From a bacterium (lineage in GTDB: Bacteria; Acidobacteriota; Blastocatellia; HR10), in NCBI GenBank assembly GCA_041640655.1, contig JBEPZV010000001.1, forward strand, positions 160,229-224,228: a DNA stretch of 64,000 nucleotides. Reading direction: 5' to 3'. The notes under the pieces are model-generated. The model was given only the letters and a program-made list of their open reading frames with translations, was not told where the DNA came from and made no database searches. The position numbers were made by a program, and so were the translations under genes. Below are positions 20,214 through 30,900 of this stretch, piece by piece. The stretch's first letter is position 1; each line of letters opens with the position of its first letter.

Positions 20214-21084
20214 ACGGCGCCCGAAGATTTACCTGAATCTGAGCTTCCCCCAATTGGCCGCTCGGTACGCGCATCTTCCCGCCGATGGCGTCGGGCTCTT
20301 GCGCGCCGAATTCCTCGCCCTCTCGCTGGGTGTCCATCCGAAGCAGCTCCTCGCCGAAGGGGGGGCGGAGACCTTCATCCGAGCCTTCGCCGAGGGAGTG
20401 ATCGAGGTCGCGCGCCAGTTCTGGCCCCGACCGGTCACCTATCGCGCGCTCGACCTGAAATCGAACGAATATCGCGGCCTGCGCGGAGGCCAGCAGCTCG
20501 AGGAGCCGGAAGAGAACCCCGCGCTCGGTCTGCGCGGATGCCGCCGCTATCTGGATGATCCGGAGCTCCTCCGCCTCCAAGCGCGCGCCGTACGAAGCGT
20601 CCATGAGGCCGGATGGACCAACGTGCGCCTGATGCTCCCCTTCGTGCGCACCGTGTCGGAGGTCCTCGCCTGCCGCGAGATCCTTCAGCAGGAGGGGCTC
20701 TTCGAGAGAGGTATCCCCCTCTGGATCATGGTCGAAGTGCCCTCGGTCGTCTTCCTCATCGAACGATTCCTCCCGTTGGTGGACGGCGTCTCCATCGGAA
20801 CCAACGATCTCACGCAGCTCATCCTCGGCGTGGATCGAGATAACCCGCGATTGATCCCCCTGTGGGATGAGCGCGACGACGCCATCATGCGCGCTATCGA
20901 ATGGGTCGCGCGCGCATGCCGGGAGAGCGCCCTGGAGTGCTGCGTCTGCGGCGATGCCCCCTCGCGACGCCCGGAGCTGATCCCCCAGCTGCTGCAACTG
21001 GGCCTCACGGCCCTCTCGGTCTCCCCCGAGGCCTTTGAGCGAACGCTTCGAATCGTGCGCGAGAGAGAGCCCGGCTCAGGGTGA
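20206..21084 (+). CDS. stand-alone PEP/pyruvate-binding TIM-barrel (PEP synthase C-terminal-like)
   Basis: DGVGLLRAEF, EENPALGLRG, MVEVPS, SIGTNDLTQ, CG motifs. Confidence 0.9.
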   Translation: MSERRPKIYLNLSFPQLAARYAHLPADGVGLLRAEFLALSLGVHPKQLLAEGGAETFIRAFAEGVIEVARQFWPRPVTYRALDLKSNEYRGLRGGQQLEEPEENPALGLRGCRRYLDDPELLRLQARAVRSVHEAGWTNVRLMLPFVRTVSEVLACREILQQEGLFERGIPLWIMVEVPSVVFLIERFLPLVDGVSIGTNDLTQLILGVDRDNPRLIPLWDERDDAIMRAIEWVARACRESALECCVCGDAPSRRPELIPQLLQLGLTALSVSPEAFERTLRIVREREPGSG

Positions 21085-21736
21085 GCCGCTAGCGTACGTC
21101 GCTCGCCCAGAGCCGCGAGCCTTCTTGCTCCCATCACCCTCCCCGGGTTCCCCACCCTATCCCCCATCGCCACGATTTCCGCCTCATCTCAGTCCGTGCG
21201 GGGACGTCCGCTGCTGCTCTCGCTCTTGTTTCGTCCGTCGGCCCGCCGGATCCCCGGTCACCTCTCCATCCCCTCTGAATCCGACGCCTTTCAGGAACCG
21301 CCGCTGTGCCGGAAGCCACGACAGGCTCGATCGCGCATCATCGGGCGAAAATCCCTATATCCACATGAGCCTCCGCACGCTCATACCCGAAGCAGACGGC
21401 ATCGGAACGTAGATCCCAGGTCGACCGCCTCGCCCACAACCTGCGAGGCAGCTCCCGCAGCAGATGCCTCAGCCTTCGACCATATCGGGGGCATCGGGTT
21501 TGGGCCGCGTCCTCCGACAGGCGAAGCGCGCTCCCCATCCCACATCGGGGGGAGGGAGTCGGTCCGAGGATCCGCTCTTCGGGCTTTAAAACGAGCTTCG
21601 GTATGCCTTATGATTGATCTTCCACAGGAGCGAGCACGATGTGTGAGCTGGACATGGAGAGAATGGCTCAGCGTGGGCATCCTGTGATCGGCGCGCGCTT
21701 CGCTCCGAGCGCGCTCTCTCAATAGGGAGGATCGCG

Positions 21737-22987
21737 ATGGCCTTCACCATGAAGGATCTCCACGATTTGATTCGGATCTTGGAGAAGCATCCGGAGTGGC
21801 GCACGGAACTGCGGCGGCTCCTTCTGACCGATCAGCTGCTGGAGCTGCCCGTCATCGTTCGCGAGTTGGCCGAAGCACAGCGACGAACGGAGGAACGCGT
21901 GGAGGCGTTGGCCGAGGCGCAGCGGCGGACGGAAGAACAGGTGCGGGCCTTGACGCAGCAGGTGCAGGCCTTGGCCGAGGCGCAACGGCGGACGGAGGAG
22001 CGGGTCAGTCGGGTGGAGGAAGAGCTGGCCAAGTTGGCCGAAGCGCAACGGCGGACGGAAGAACAGGTGCGGGCCTTGACGCAGCAGGTGCAGGCCTTGG
22101 CCGAGGCGCAACAGCGGACGGAGGAGCGGGTCAGTCGGGTGGAGGAAGAGCTGGCCAAGTTGGCCGAAGCGCAACGGCGGACGGAAGAACAGGTGCGGGC
22201 CTTGACGCAGCAGGTGCAGGCCTTGGCCGAGGCGCAACAGCGGACGGAGGAGCGGGTCAGTCGGGTGGAGGAAGAGCTGGCCAAGTTGGCCGAAGCGCAA
22301 CGGCGGACGGAAGAACAGGTCCGGGCCTTGACCGAGGCGCAGCGACGAACGGAAGAACAGGTGCGAGCCTTGACTGAAGCGCAGCGGCGGACGGAGGAGC
22401 AGGTGCAAGCCTTGACCGAAGCGCAGCGGCGGATCGAACAGCAAGTCGCCGATCTGGTGGCCGCTCAACAGCGCACCGAGCGCACCTTGCAACGCCTCCT
22501 CGAATGGCAACAGGGCGAAGCGGGACGGCGCGAGGGCGAGCGATACGAGCGGCGCATCGTGGTGCGCGCGCCCAACCTGTTCTTCGGTGGCGAGGGCGGT
22601 GCACCCGGGGAGCCGGATGTGCGTCGTCAACTCAGCCGGTGGCTTCACCCGTTCTATCGAGAGGGTCGAGCCCCGGATCCCCCCGCCGATCCTCTCCTGG
22701 CCGACCTCATTTGGTGGAAAGGAGAGGAAGTGTTCGTCGTGGAGGTGTCGCAGAAAGTGGACCCTCAGGACATCCACCGCGCCCGTCAACGAGCCGATAC
22801 CTTGCGCGAAGCGGGCGTGAACGCCACACCGGCTGTGATCGGCGAGGAGTGGGCGACGCCGGAGTCACAGGCGCTGGCCCAACAGGAATCGGTGGAATGG
22901 TTGGTCGGCGGAGGCCTTTCCCAGGGGTTCCTGCGCTTCCGCCGCCTGTCAGCCGAGACGCTGGAAAATCCCCCACGCGAAGGATGA
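21737..22987 (+). CDS. coiled-coil repeat protein with C-terminal PD-(D/E)XK-like domain
   Basis: N-terminal LEKHPEWRTELRRLLL; tandem [10 protein letters not shown] units; C-terminal ADLIW...VVEVS...DIHRARQRA. Confidence 0.8.
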   Translation: MAFTMKDLHDLIRILEKHPEWRTELRRLLLTDQLLELPVIVRELAEAQRRTEERVEALAEAQRRTEEQVRALTQQVQALAEAQRRTEERVSRVEEELAKLAEAQRRTEEQVRALTQQVQALAEAQQRTEERVSRVEEELAKLAEAQRRTEEQVRALTQQVQALAEAQQRTEERVSRVEEELAKLAEAQRRTEEQVRALTEAQRRTEEQVRALTEAQRRTEEQVQALTEAQRRIEQQVADLVAAQQRTERTLQRLLEWQQGEAGRREGERYERRIVVRAPNLFFGGEGGAPGEPDVRRQLSRWLHPFYREGRAPDPPADPLLADLIWWKGEEVFVVEVSQKVDPQDIHRARQRADTLREAGVNATPAVIGEEWATPESQALAQQESVEWLVGGGLSQGFLRFRRLSAETLENPPREG

Positions 22988-23296
22988 GCCCCAAAACTCG
23001 CGCCGCCAAACCCTGAGACCCGGCGGAGCAGTCATCCCCGTGGCAACCCGGTGACCTCTCTCGCTCGCGCATCCTCCCCTCACGATCCAGGTCAGGCGTT
23101 GAATTCGGCTTCACTCGAATGGAGTCCGGATGCCTGCCCTGGCACGTGCTGCGCCTCTTCTCCATCCCTGCCTCTTCGTCCACGGCCCTGAGGGGTTCCT
23201 CTCACACCCGGAGCGCGACGCTTGATCTCAACGATGGATCGAGCCCTCTCAGCCTCTCCCCCTTCCGGAGCGAACCCGCGCTGTCGGGAGATCGCT

Positions 23297-23434
23297 ATGC
23301 GTCCTGAAAATGTCAATAGGTATCTCCGGCACATAGCAGAAGAGCATGCGGCGGTTCTGGCGAGCGGTGCGATTATACGCGTGACTGAAGTGCGTATCCA
23401 GATTCGCACTCTCCCCTTGCGAACAGAGGAGTAG
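23297..23434 (+). pseudogene. C-terminal fragment of a DUF5615/PIN-like toxin
   Basis: ...LASGAIIRVTEVRIQIRTLPL resembles the C-terminus of DUF5615 proteins; no intact N-terminus. Confidence 0.5.
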
Positions 23435-23450
23435 TCGCCATGGCGCAGAA

Positions 23451-23508
23451 GCCTAACACTCGCTCCAGCCGACCCGCCGCGGCAGGCGGCTGAGCCTGGT
23501 CGTTAGGC
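23451..23508 (+). mobile_element. solitary integron attC site
   Basis: GCCTAAC...GTTAGGC R boxes; ctc(c)agccg/cggctgag L boxes with one extra-helical base; 58 bp, just after a stop codon. Confidence 0.75.
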
Positions 23509-23644
23509 GGCATTCCGGGTGCCAAAGGAGGAGCGCGATGAACCATCCACGGCAATCGGTGATGGACATTTGGATCATACGGGTTGGAATCCGGCGAATC
23601 ACAAGAGTTGTCGGGTTCTAGAAAATCTCACGAAAGGAGGGAGT

Positions 23645-24280
23645 ATGCGACGGAGAACGTTTCACTCGATGACGAAAGTGGGGGCGATGATCGCGCTCAT
23701 GGGGATGTATGCTTGGGGTGTGGAGGCCCGTCTCTCCCAAGCGCCGCCCGTCCAGGATTCACGCCTGGAGCCGGCGCTCCAGCAAGCCCGGCAGGTGGCC
23801 AATGAGTTGGCCGACACAGTTCGCCGCCTGCTGTTCAAAGAGCTGGAGAAAGGAGGATATGCTGATGCGGTGCGCGTTTGCTCGGAAGTGGCCCAGGACA
23901 TCCCGCGCGAGTTCACCGCTCGCACCGGTCATTCTGTTCGCCGCGTGAGCCTCGGCTATCGCAATCCCAAGGATGTGCCCGATGACTATGAGCGGCAGAA
24001 GCTCGAAGAATTCGACCGCCTCAATCGGGGGAAGAAGCTAGAGAACGATTACTTTGAGGTTGTGAAAGAAGGCGAGCGTGAGTATCTCCGTTATCTCAAG
24101 CCACTCATTGCCGGGCCGATGTGTCTCACCTGTCACGGCGAGACGGCGAACATCCCGCCGGAGGTGAGGGCGATTCTCGCTGAGAAGTACCCTGAGGACC
24201 GAGCGACCGGCTATCACACGGGCGACGTGCGCGGAGCTATCAGTGTGAAGATCGCCTTGCCGCCGGGCAAGCCTCAATGA
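23645..24280 (+). CDS. DUF3365/Tll0287-like periplasmic c-type heme protein
   Basis: Signal peptide; RRVSLGYRNP; CLTCH; YPEDRATGY...GDVRGAIS. Confidence 0.85.
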   Translation: MRRRTFHSMTKVGAMIALMGMYAWGVEARLSQAPPVQDSRLEPALQQARQVANELADTVRRLLFKELEKGGYADAVRVCSEVAQDIPREFTARTGHSVRRVSLGYRNPKDVPDDYERQKLEEFDRLNRGKKLENDYFEVVKEGEREYLRYLKPLIAGPMCLTCHGETANIPPEVRAILAEKYPEDRATGYHTGDVRGAISVKIALPPGKPQ

Positions 24281-24297
24281 TGTCTGGAGGAAGATGA

Positions 24298-24507
24298 ATG
24301 GTGACCAAAGAGACGCTCATTGAAGACATCGTCAGCCAGCACCCGGAGTCGGTGCGGTTTTTGTTCGAGAAGGGAATCAAGTGCATCGAGTGCGGCGAGC
24401 CGGCGTGGGGAACGCTGGAGGAAAACGCGCGGCGGAAAGGTCTGGATGAGGCGGCAATTGAGCGCCTCGTCCAGGAGTTGAATCAGTGGCTGGTTGAACA
24501 CCCGTGA
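24298..24507 (+). CDS. DUF1858 domain small protein
   Basis: TKETLIEDIVSQHPE...GIKCIECG...TLEE. Confidence 0.8.
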   Translation: MVTKETLIEDIVSQHPESVRFLFEKGIKCIECGEPAWGTLEENARRKGLDEAAIERLVQELNQWLVEHP

Positions 24508-24509
24508 CG

Positions 24510-24850
24510 CTGCTTGGTGAAAGTATCACCCGTGTCCAGCTTCACCAGGACTGTCGGCTGATTCGGCAGTTGATAGACGATGTAGCGGAAGCCGGTTGCC
24601 ACGTGACAGCCGTTACAGAAATTGACCATGTTGGTGAAATTGGTCTGGAAAGCGTTGAAACCCTGGTTGACGATGCCTTCAGTCCGCCCCTGCACACTCG
24701 GTCTTCAACCGAGCCATCGTCTGCTCTAGCTCGGCCAGATGGTGCTTGAGCTGCTTTGTATGCTTTCGTACCACTTTGGGAGCCATCCGGTTGACATCTT
24801 TCCTGAGGCGCTCCAGATCATTCAACACCGTGCTCATCTCCTTCATCGTG
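24510..24850 (-). pseudogene. frameshifted remnant of a helical c-type cytochrome
   Basis: CNGCH heme motif in a short ORF preceded by an out-of-frame helical segment. Confidence 0.4.
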
Positions 24851-25190
24851 GATTCCGAACCTGGTTGTTTACCCCTACCGGCAATAGCGTTCTTTCCAAG
24901 AGCCGAGGGAACAAAGTCAGGAAAAGCACGACACGCTGCTGACGCTGTTTGTACTGCCTGTGCTCTACCGCCGGTTTGAGAAGGAGTGGGCCGAGGTGGA
25001 GATCGAGCTGGATTTTGTTGACACGACAAGCCGCGCCAGTTGACCCACCAACGGCGGCAAATGCCCCGACCGACTCGGCCCTCGACGCATCTGGCTTGGC
25101 CGGTTGTGAAATCGGGCGCGTGCCACATCACCAACGAGATCCATGCGTTAATTGGTCTCTCTAAATTTGCCTACGGCGTTCATTCCTCGC

Positions 25191-25206
25191 TGGCATGATA
25201 TTTGCT
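25191..25206 (+). promoter_or_regulatory. sigma54 (-24/-12) promoter upstream of ArsR
   Basis: TGGCATGATATTTGCT, GG-N10-GC. Confidence 0.65.
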
Positions 25207-25229
25207 TATCCGCATAGGCGGAGGAAGAA

Positions 25230-25625
25230 ATGAAAGAATTGGAGAAAACACTCAAAGCGTTGGCTGATCCAAGCCGATTGAGAATCTTGAACATCTTGTT
25301 CCACCAAGAAGTCTGTGTTTGCGATCTGCAATCGGTGTTGGGATTGCCCCAACCATTGCTTTCCCGGCACTTGGCGTATCTCCGAAACGCGCACCTGGTG
25401 CGAGACCGTCGAGACGGTCCGCGCGTGTGGTATTCGCTGGCGCTCGATGACGAAGTGGGACGCGCAGTTCGAGAGTTTCTTCAGAGAGTGTTTCCACTTT
25501 TTGAAACCTTTCAGACAGATTCAGCGAGAATGCGGCAATTTACGGAGAGTTGCGCCACCCCGCGAGGACATCAAAAGCTCCATCGGCGGGCCAATAGCTT
25601 AGCATTCGAGGAGATGACATCATGA
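25230..25625 (+). CDS. ArsR/SmtB family regulator
   Basis: KALADPSRLRIL, VCVCDL, SRHLAYLR. Confidence 0.9.
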   Translation: MKELEKTLKALADPSRLRILNILFHQEVCVCDLQSVLGLPQPLLSRHLAYLRNAHLVRDRRDGPRVWYSLALDDEVGRAVREFLQRVFPLFETFQTDSARMRQFTESCATPRGHQKLHRRANSLAFEEMTS

Positions 25626-26668
25626 TGAAGGACCTCATCCTGGCCGGTGTCGTGGCGCTCAAAGATTACATCGCGCTGCATGTGATCACCTGTCTTATCC
25701 CGGCCTTTCTGCTGGCGGGCGCGCTGGTGACGTTCATCTCGCGCGAGGCCATCATCCGGTATCTGGGTGCGGCGGCGCGCAGGATCACCTCGTTTGGGCT
25801 GGCGTCGGTGGCGAGCTTTTTCGTGGCGGCCTGTTCGTGCACGGTCATTCCCGTGTCGAGCGGAATTTACTATGGCGGAGCAGGCATCGGGCCGGCCTTC
25901 ATCATCCTGTGGGTCGCACCCGCGGCCAACATCCTGGCGCTCGTCTACACGGGAGCGATCTTGGGCGGGCAGATGGTGGCCGCGCGCATCGCCGCAGCGC
26001 TCACCATGGCCTTTGTAGTGGGCACCGTCATGAGCCTGGCCTTTCGGCGGGAAGAGTCCACTCGGGCTTCAGCCTTTGTCGCCCATCCGGGCGAGAAGGT
26101 CATGTCCCGGAAAGATGTGATCTTGATTCTGCTCATTGTGGCCGACTTGCTGGCGCCGAACTACCTCATTCGCAGCGGGCCGTATCTTCACAAGGTTTAC
26201 GTATGGGCCGTGGGCATGGTGGTGATCGCGATCTATGCCTACTTGACCAAGAGCAGAGAGGACATCCTCGCCTGGGTGAAGGAGACCTGGTGGTTTGTGC
26301 GCGTGATCTTTCCGCTGTTGCTTGTCGGTGTGTTCATCGTCGGCGTCATCGGCGCGATTCTGCCCCAGTGGTGGATTCAGAACTGGCTGGGTGGTTCAGG
26401 GATTTTCGCTTCGTTTCTGGCCACTCTGATCGGTGCCATCAGCTATTTTGCCACCCTGACCGAAGCGCCGTTTGTGGACAAACTCATGAGCTTGGGCATG
26501 GGCAAAGGGCCGGCCCTGGCGCTGTTGCTGACGGGGCCGGGCTTGAGCCTGCCCAATTGGCTCGCCATCGGGCGTGTGTTCGGAGTGAAGAAGGCCGTCA
26601 TCTACGTCATCACCATCGTCGTTCTCGGCACATGTGTGGGATGGTTTGCCGGGAACGTGATTTTCTAA
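25622..26668 (+). CDS. DUF318/ArsP-like permease
   Basis: Multi-TM protein; HVITCLIPAF, ACSCTVIP, YFATLTEAP, GPGLSLP. Confidence 0.85.
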   Translation: MMKDLILAGVVALKDYIALHVITCLIPAFLLAGALVTFISREAIIRYLGAAARRITSFGLASVASFFVAACSCTVIPVSSGIYYGGAGIGPAFIILWVAPAANILALVYTGAILGGQMVAARIAAALTMAFVVGTVMSLAFRREESTRASAFVAHPGEKVMSRKDVILILLIVADLLAPNYLIRSGPYLHKVYVWAVGMVVIAIYAYLTKSREDILAWVKETWWFVRVIFPLLLVGVFIVGVIGAILPQWWIQNWLGGSGIFASFLATLIGAISYFATLTEAPFVDKLMSLGMGKGPALALLLTGPGLSLPNWLAIGRVFGVKKAVIYVITIVVLGTCVGWFAGNVIF

Positions 26669-26771
26669 ATGGAGCTTCGTAGCGCCGCCCTCTTGGTGGC
26701 ATGCCGGGAGAGAGACGGGCGCTACGGTGATAGGCGACGAAAATCTTGAACGTGAAGGGGAGGGAGCCGAG

Positions 26772-27056
26772 ATGAGAATCGAAGTGTTAGGTCCGGGATG
26801 CTCTCGCTGCCATAACACGTTGAGGACTATTGAACACGCGCTCCAGGCGCTCGGCGTCGCCGCCGAGGTCGTTCATATCCACGACCCACGAGAGTTTGCC
26901 ACCCGGGGAGTGCTTTTCACCCCCGCCGTCTTCATCAACGGTGTGATGAAAGCATCGGGGCGAATTCCCAAGCTGGAAGAAGTGAAACAGTGGTTGATGG
27001 AGTGCCAAGAAACGAACACACAGAAGGGCGAAAGATCGAGCGAGGAGTCGCCGTGA
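26772..27056 (+). CDS. small redox-active disulfide protein (thioredoxin family)
   Basis: IEVLGPGCSRC, TPAVFING. Confidence 0.85.
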   Translation: MRIEVLGPGCSRCHNTLRTIEHALQALGVAAEVVHIHDPREFATRGVLFTPAVFINGVMKASGRIPKLEEVKQWLMECQETNTQKGERSSEESP

Positions 27057-27438
27057 CGCCGTGAGGTTTCACCAACGACGAGGGACTCCATGGAGTTGAG
27101 CATGTCGCCTGACCGATGCGAAGAAACGATGAAAAATTGGTGTGCCTCTCCCCCACGGCAAGCCCGATTTTCGATGACTACATCGCCGAGGCTCAGGTAT
27201 TGAGGCTGCTTTTCTTCTACCCGCGACCATCACGTTCGACATTCGCGCCGTGCGGCCACGCAAGCTGGCGGCCATGCGAGCGTATCGCAGCCAAAGCCAC
27301 CTCGTGAAAGCGTTGCGACAGGATCATGTGGCGTGGCACGCGCCGCAGGAATACTTTCATCGGGCGTTCCCTGCGTTGTCCGAACAACATCAAGAAAGCA
27401 CGGAGGCTGTCATGTGCGCGTAATCGTGAGTCGGAAGT

Positions 27439-27822
27439 ATGACGGAGCGATTGGAGCAACAAGCTGAGGCGTTACACCAGATGGTCACCGAGTTGGTGAA
27501 GGAATACCCCTTTCGCGACCATCAAGAAATCTGCTGTCATGGTATTTCCGTCTCGCCGGACGATGCGCTGGCAGCTCTCAATGAGTCAAAGAAACTGACG
27601 AAGGGGAATTGGCCGAGCCGATGCACCGGATTATCGCTCGATGCGATTGATCTGTTTGAAATCAACGAAGCGTTTGCGGTGGTAGAGCTGGCGGCGATTC
27701 GACCGCTCAAACTCGATCCCCAGAAGGGGAACGTCAATGGCGGCGCGGTCGCCTTTGGTCCTCTGACGCTCTGCATCGGCGGCGGCGAGGCCGTGGCGAT
27801 GGTGGTGGAACGAGCATCCTGA
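27439..27822 (+). pseudogene. chimeric remnant: MarR-like N-terminus joined to an internally deleted thiolase C-terminus
   Basis: [15 protein letters not shown] then [25 protein letters not shown]. Confidence 0.6.
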
Positions 27823-27946
27823 GGTTAGCCTGGAGGGCGGCGCGCGCTCACCGTGGAGCGCTACTGGTGTAATCACAGCCGACATTTCAGTAAGGCGGCT
27901 GTTGAACGATAGAGAGTCATCACCCAGGACACGGTAAGCGATGGCC

Positions 27947-30900
27947 TTACACCTTCACCACGTTCACGCGCGTGTCGTAGAACGAGACGCTGCCGCCGAC
28001 GGTGTCAACCATGCACGTGTTCTTCAAGTAGTCGTCCACGCGCATGGCCGCATTGGCGTGGACGCCCTGAGCGCGACGCTCGTCGCCGGGAATGCGCACA
28101 CCGTCAATCATGATGTCGCTTGAGCCGACGGCCCAGTGGCCAAAGCCCAGCGCAAAGCTGACCACTCCAGGACGTATTCCCAGGACCGGTTTGACCGTGC
28201 CGATCATCGGCACGCGCCGTCCGTTCTTCAGATCCCACACCCCATTGGGATTCGTCGCCGAGACGATCTTCACCCGGTCACCGTCTGCCAACCCCATTCG
28301 GTACGCGTCCTCAACGTTCATCAAGACGAAGTTCTCCGGCATCAGATCGAGCAGCCAGTAATCCACCACCGTGCGCGATTTGGTGTGGAAGATCTCGCGG
28401 TGCGTGATCAGATGCAGGGCGAACCCTTCATCCCTGACCTCGCGCCCCAGCGCATCGCGAATGGGCAGGTACACGGCTACGCCCGGCAGGTACTCTCCCG
28501 TCATGGCGCTCCTGGTGGTCGCCACTTTCTCCAGGTAAATGCTGGCCAGCTTGCCGTACTTGGATTTCGCCTGATCGCCGACCCAAGCATCGCTGTAGTT
28601 CTCGAAGCGCCCCCCGCGATTGAGCACGTAGATGACCTTGCGCCACCACCGGGAGCCGACGATCTGCTCCCATCGCGCGGGATCGAAGACCGTTGGCGGC
28701 AAGTGCCGCCGGGCTTTCAGGAACAGCTCGACCTCCTCATCGCTGGCATCCGGCACCGCATCCGTGCCATCGGATTTGTCGCCGAAGGCGATGTTGGCGA
28801 CCACGCGGAGATGAAAATCCTCCGGACGCTTCAAATCTTTCCCCGGCTCGAATCCGTTCGGACCGAATCCCGGCAATCCCATCTTCTCGGCCAGGCCGAG
28901 CAACAAGGCTTCCAACGAGAGCGGCATCTCCTCGCCGAACACGGTGACGGTTTCCGTGAGCGGTGCGACGACCGGCTGGCGCACCGGCGAAACCTTCTGC
29001 GGAATGGAGGGATGCGAGCCGTGAAATTCCCAGCGCTCCAGGTAGGAGAGGTCGGGGAAGATATAATCGGCGTACATCGAGGTCTCGCCGATGATGATGT
29101 CGCTGGCCACGATGAGGGGAATCTTGTTCGGATCGGCGAGGATCTCGATGTTGGTGTGACCGGCCGGCAGCGCATAGACCGGCGATCCCATGTAGATGAA
29201 GAGCGCCTTGATGGGATAGGGATAGCCATCACCTGCTGACGGGATGATCTCCTGATAAATGTCGCTCGCAAACGGATACCAGTTGCGCGGTGCCGGATAG
29301 CCCGAGAAGAGGGTCGTCTTCTCGTAATTCACCTCATGCCGGATGATACTGATCCCAAACGGCGTCAGCTTCGCCGGATGCTTGCCCAGGTTGAACGGCT
29401 TGCCCGGCGTCGAACCCATCTGATCATACGTCCCACCGCCATAGATCATGCCGCCTTTCCAATCGAAGTTACCGATGAGCAGGTTGACGGTCATCACCGC
29501 CAGCACGTTGTAGAACCCGTTGGTGTGCTGTGCGACGCCGCGATGCGGCTCCATGACGGCGCGTTTGCCGTGAGCGGTGAACTCGCGAGCGAGATCAACG
29601 ATGTCTTGAGCAGCAATGCCGCAGATCTGGGCCCACTCCTCAATCGTTCGCGAGGCCGCCGATTCGTAAACGAGTTGCAGCGCGCTCTTGACGCGAATGC
29701 CGCCGACCACCGCATCGACAAAGAGGTCGCCCTCCACCACCGTCTGCTCATCGTCAACCTTGAACGCCCGTGGCTGGCCATTTCGGAGCACGACGAAACT
29801 ATCGGCGTCGCCCAGTCCAATTTCATCGGCTCGCAGGAATTTCGAGGGCCGCCCATCGGCCTCGATCTTGACGAGCCAGGACGCATTGGTCCAGGTCGGT
29901 TCATTGTCGGCTCTGGCCGCGCCTCGGTTGGCGTTCTCCAGGAACCTTCGATCATACCGCTCGTTTTCGATGATCCAGCGGATCATGCCCAGGGCGAGAG
30001 CCGCTTCCGTGCCCGGTTTGATCGGCACCCACTTCCAGGCTTTCGCGGCGGTCTTGGAGAAACGGGGATCAACAACGGCGATCTTCAGCCGGTTGTCCAC
30101 GGCCCCTTTGGTGATCTTCCCGGCCTTGAACGGCGGGCCGTAGTTGGCTTCCAGCGGGCTCGCGCCGATGTAGATGATGAACTCGGCGTGGGCCGTGTCC
30201 GCCATCCAGTAGGCTTTGCGCCCGCCCGTCCATTTGCCGCCGGTGTACTGATCGCTCATCGCCTTGCCGGTGAAATAGAGCGACCCCTGACACACCGTCG
30301 TGTGGCCGTGCGCGTTGATCGAACCGAAGCTATCGCGGACGAACCGGCTGATGAATTCCGCCCTTCCGGCTTTGAGTCGGCCCCACATGAAGACGAGTTG
30401 ATTATTCTTCGGGCCGAGATCGGGATGATCGGGGTCAATCAGCTTGTCCAAGTGCGCGGCGTACTTGGCCTTGAACTCCTCGACGGTCATTTTCTTGTCC
30501 CAGATCCGGGCCACATCATCGGCCATGGATTTCATCAACGCCGGGTCGCGCACGGCCCACAGCTCCCGCAGTCCGGTGACCACGCGATTCTCTTCACCGG
30601 GGACATGGGCGAACAGCAGGCCGCCGTTGACGATCTCCTCGATGGCTTGTTCAAACGGAATCGTCATCCACTTGTTCTCGCCGCGACGGCCCGCTCGCTT
30701 GAGCACTTTGACGACACGATACGGATCGTAGTGCGTTTGAATGCCCGCCTGACCTTTGGGGCAGATGTGTCCGTCCACGGTGGCCATGTCCAGCGGCGAG
30801 CTGTCATACGCCACATGCGGCCACATCGCGCGCGGCCCGTAGGGGCTGCCGTCAATCTTCACCACCACGCCGTCGAGAATCTTGGCTTTGATCTCGCAGC

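Noticed and set aside
21866..22440. Tandem 63/126-nt repeats as a possible CRISPR or minisatellite array
   Set aside because: In-frame coding heptad repeats with no unique spacers.
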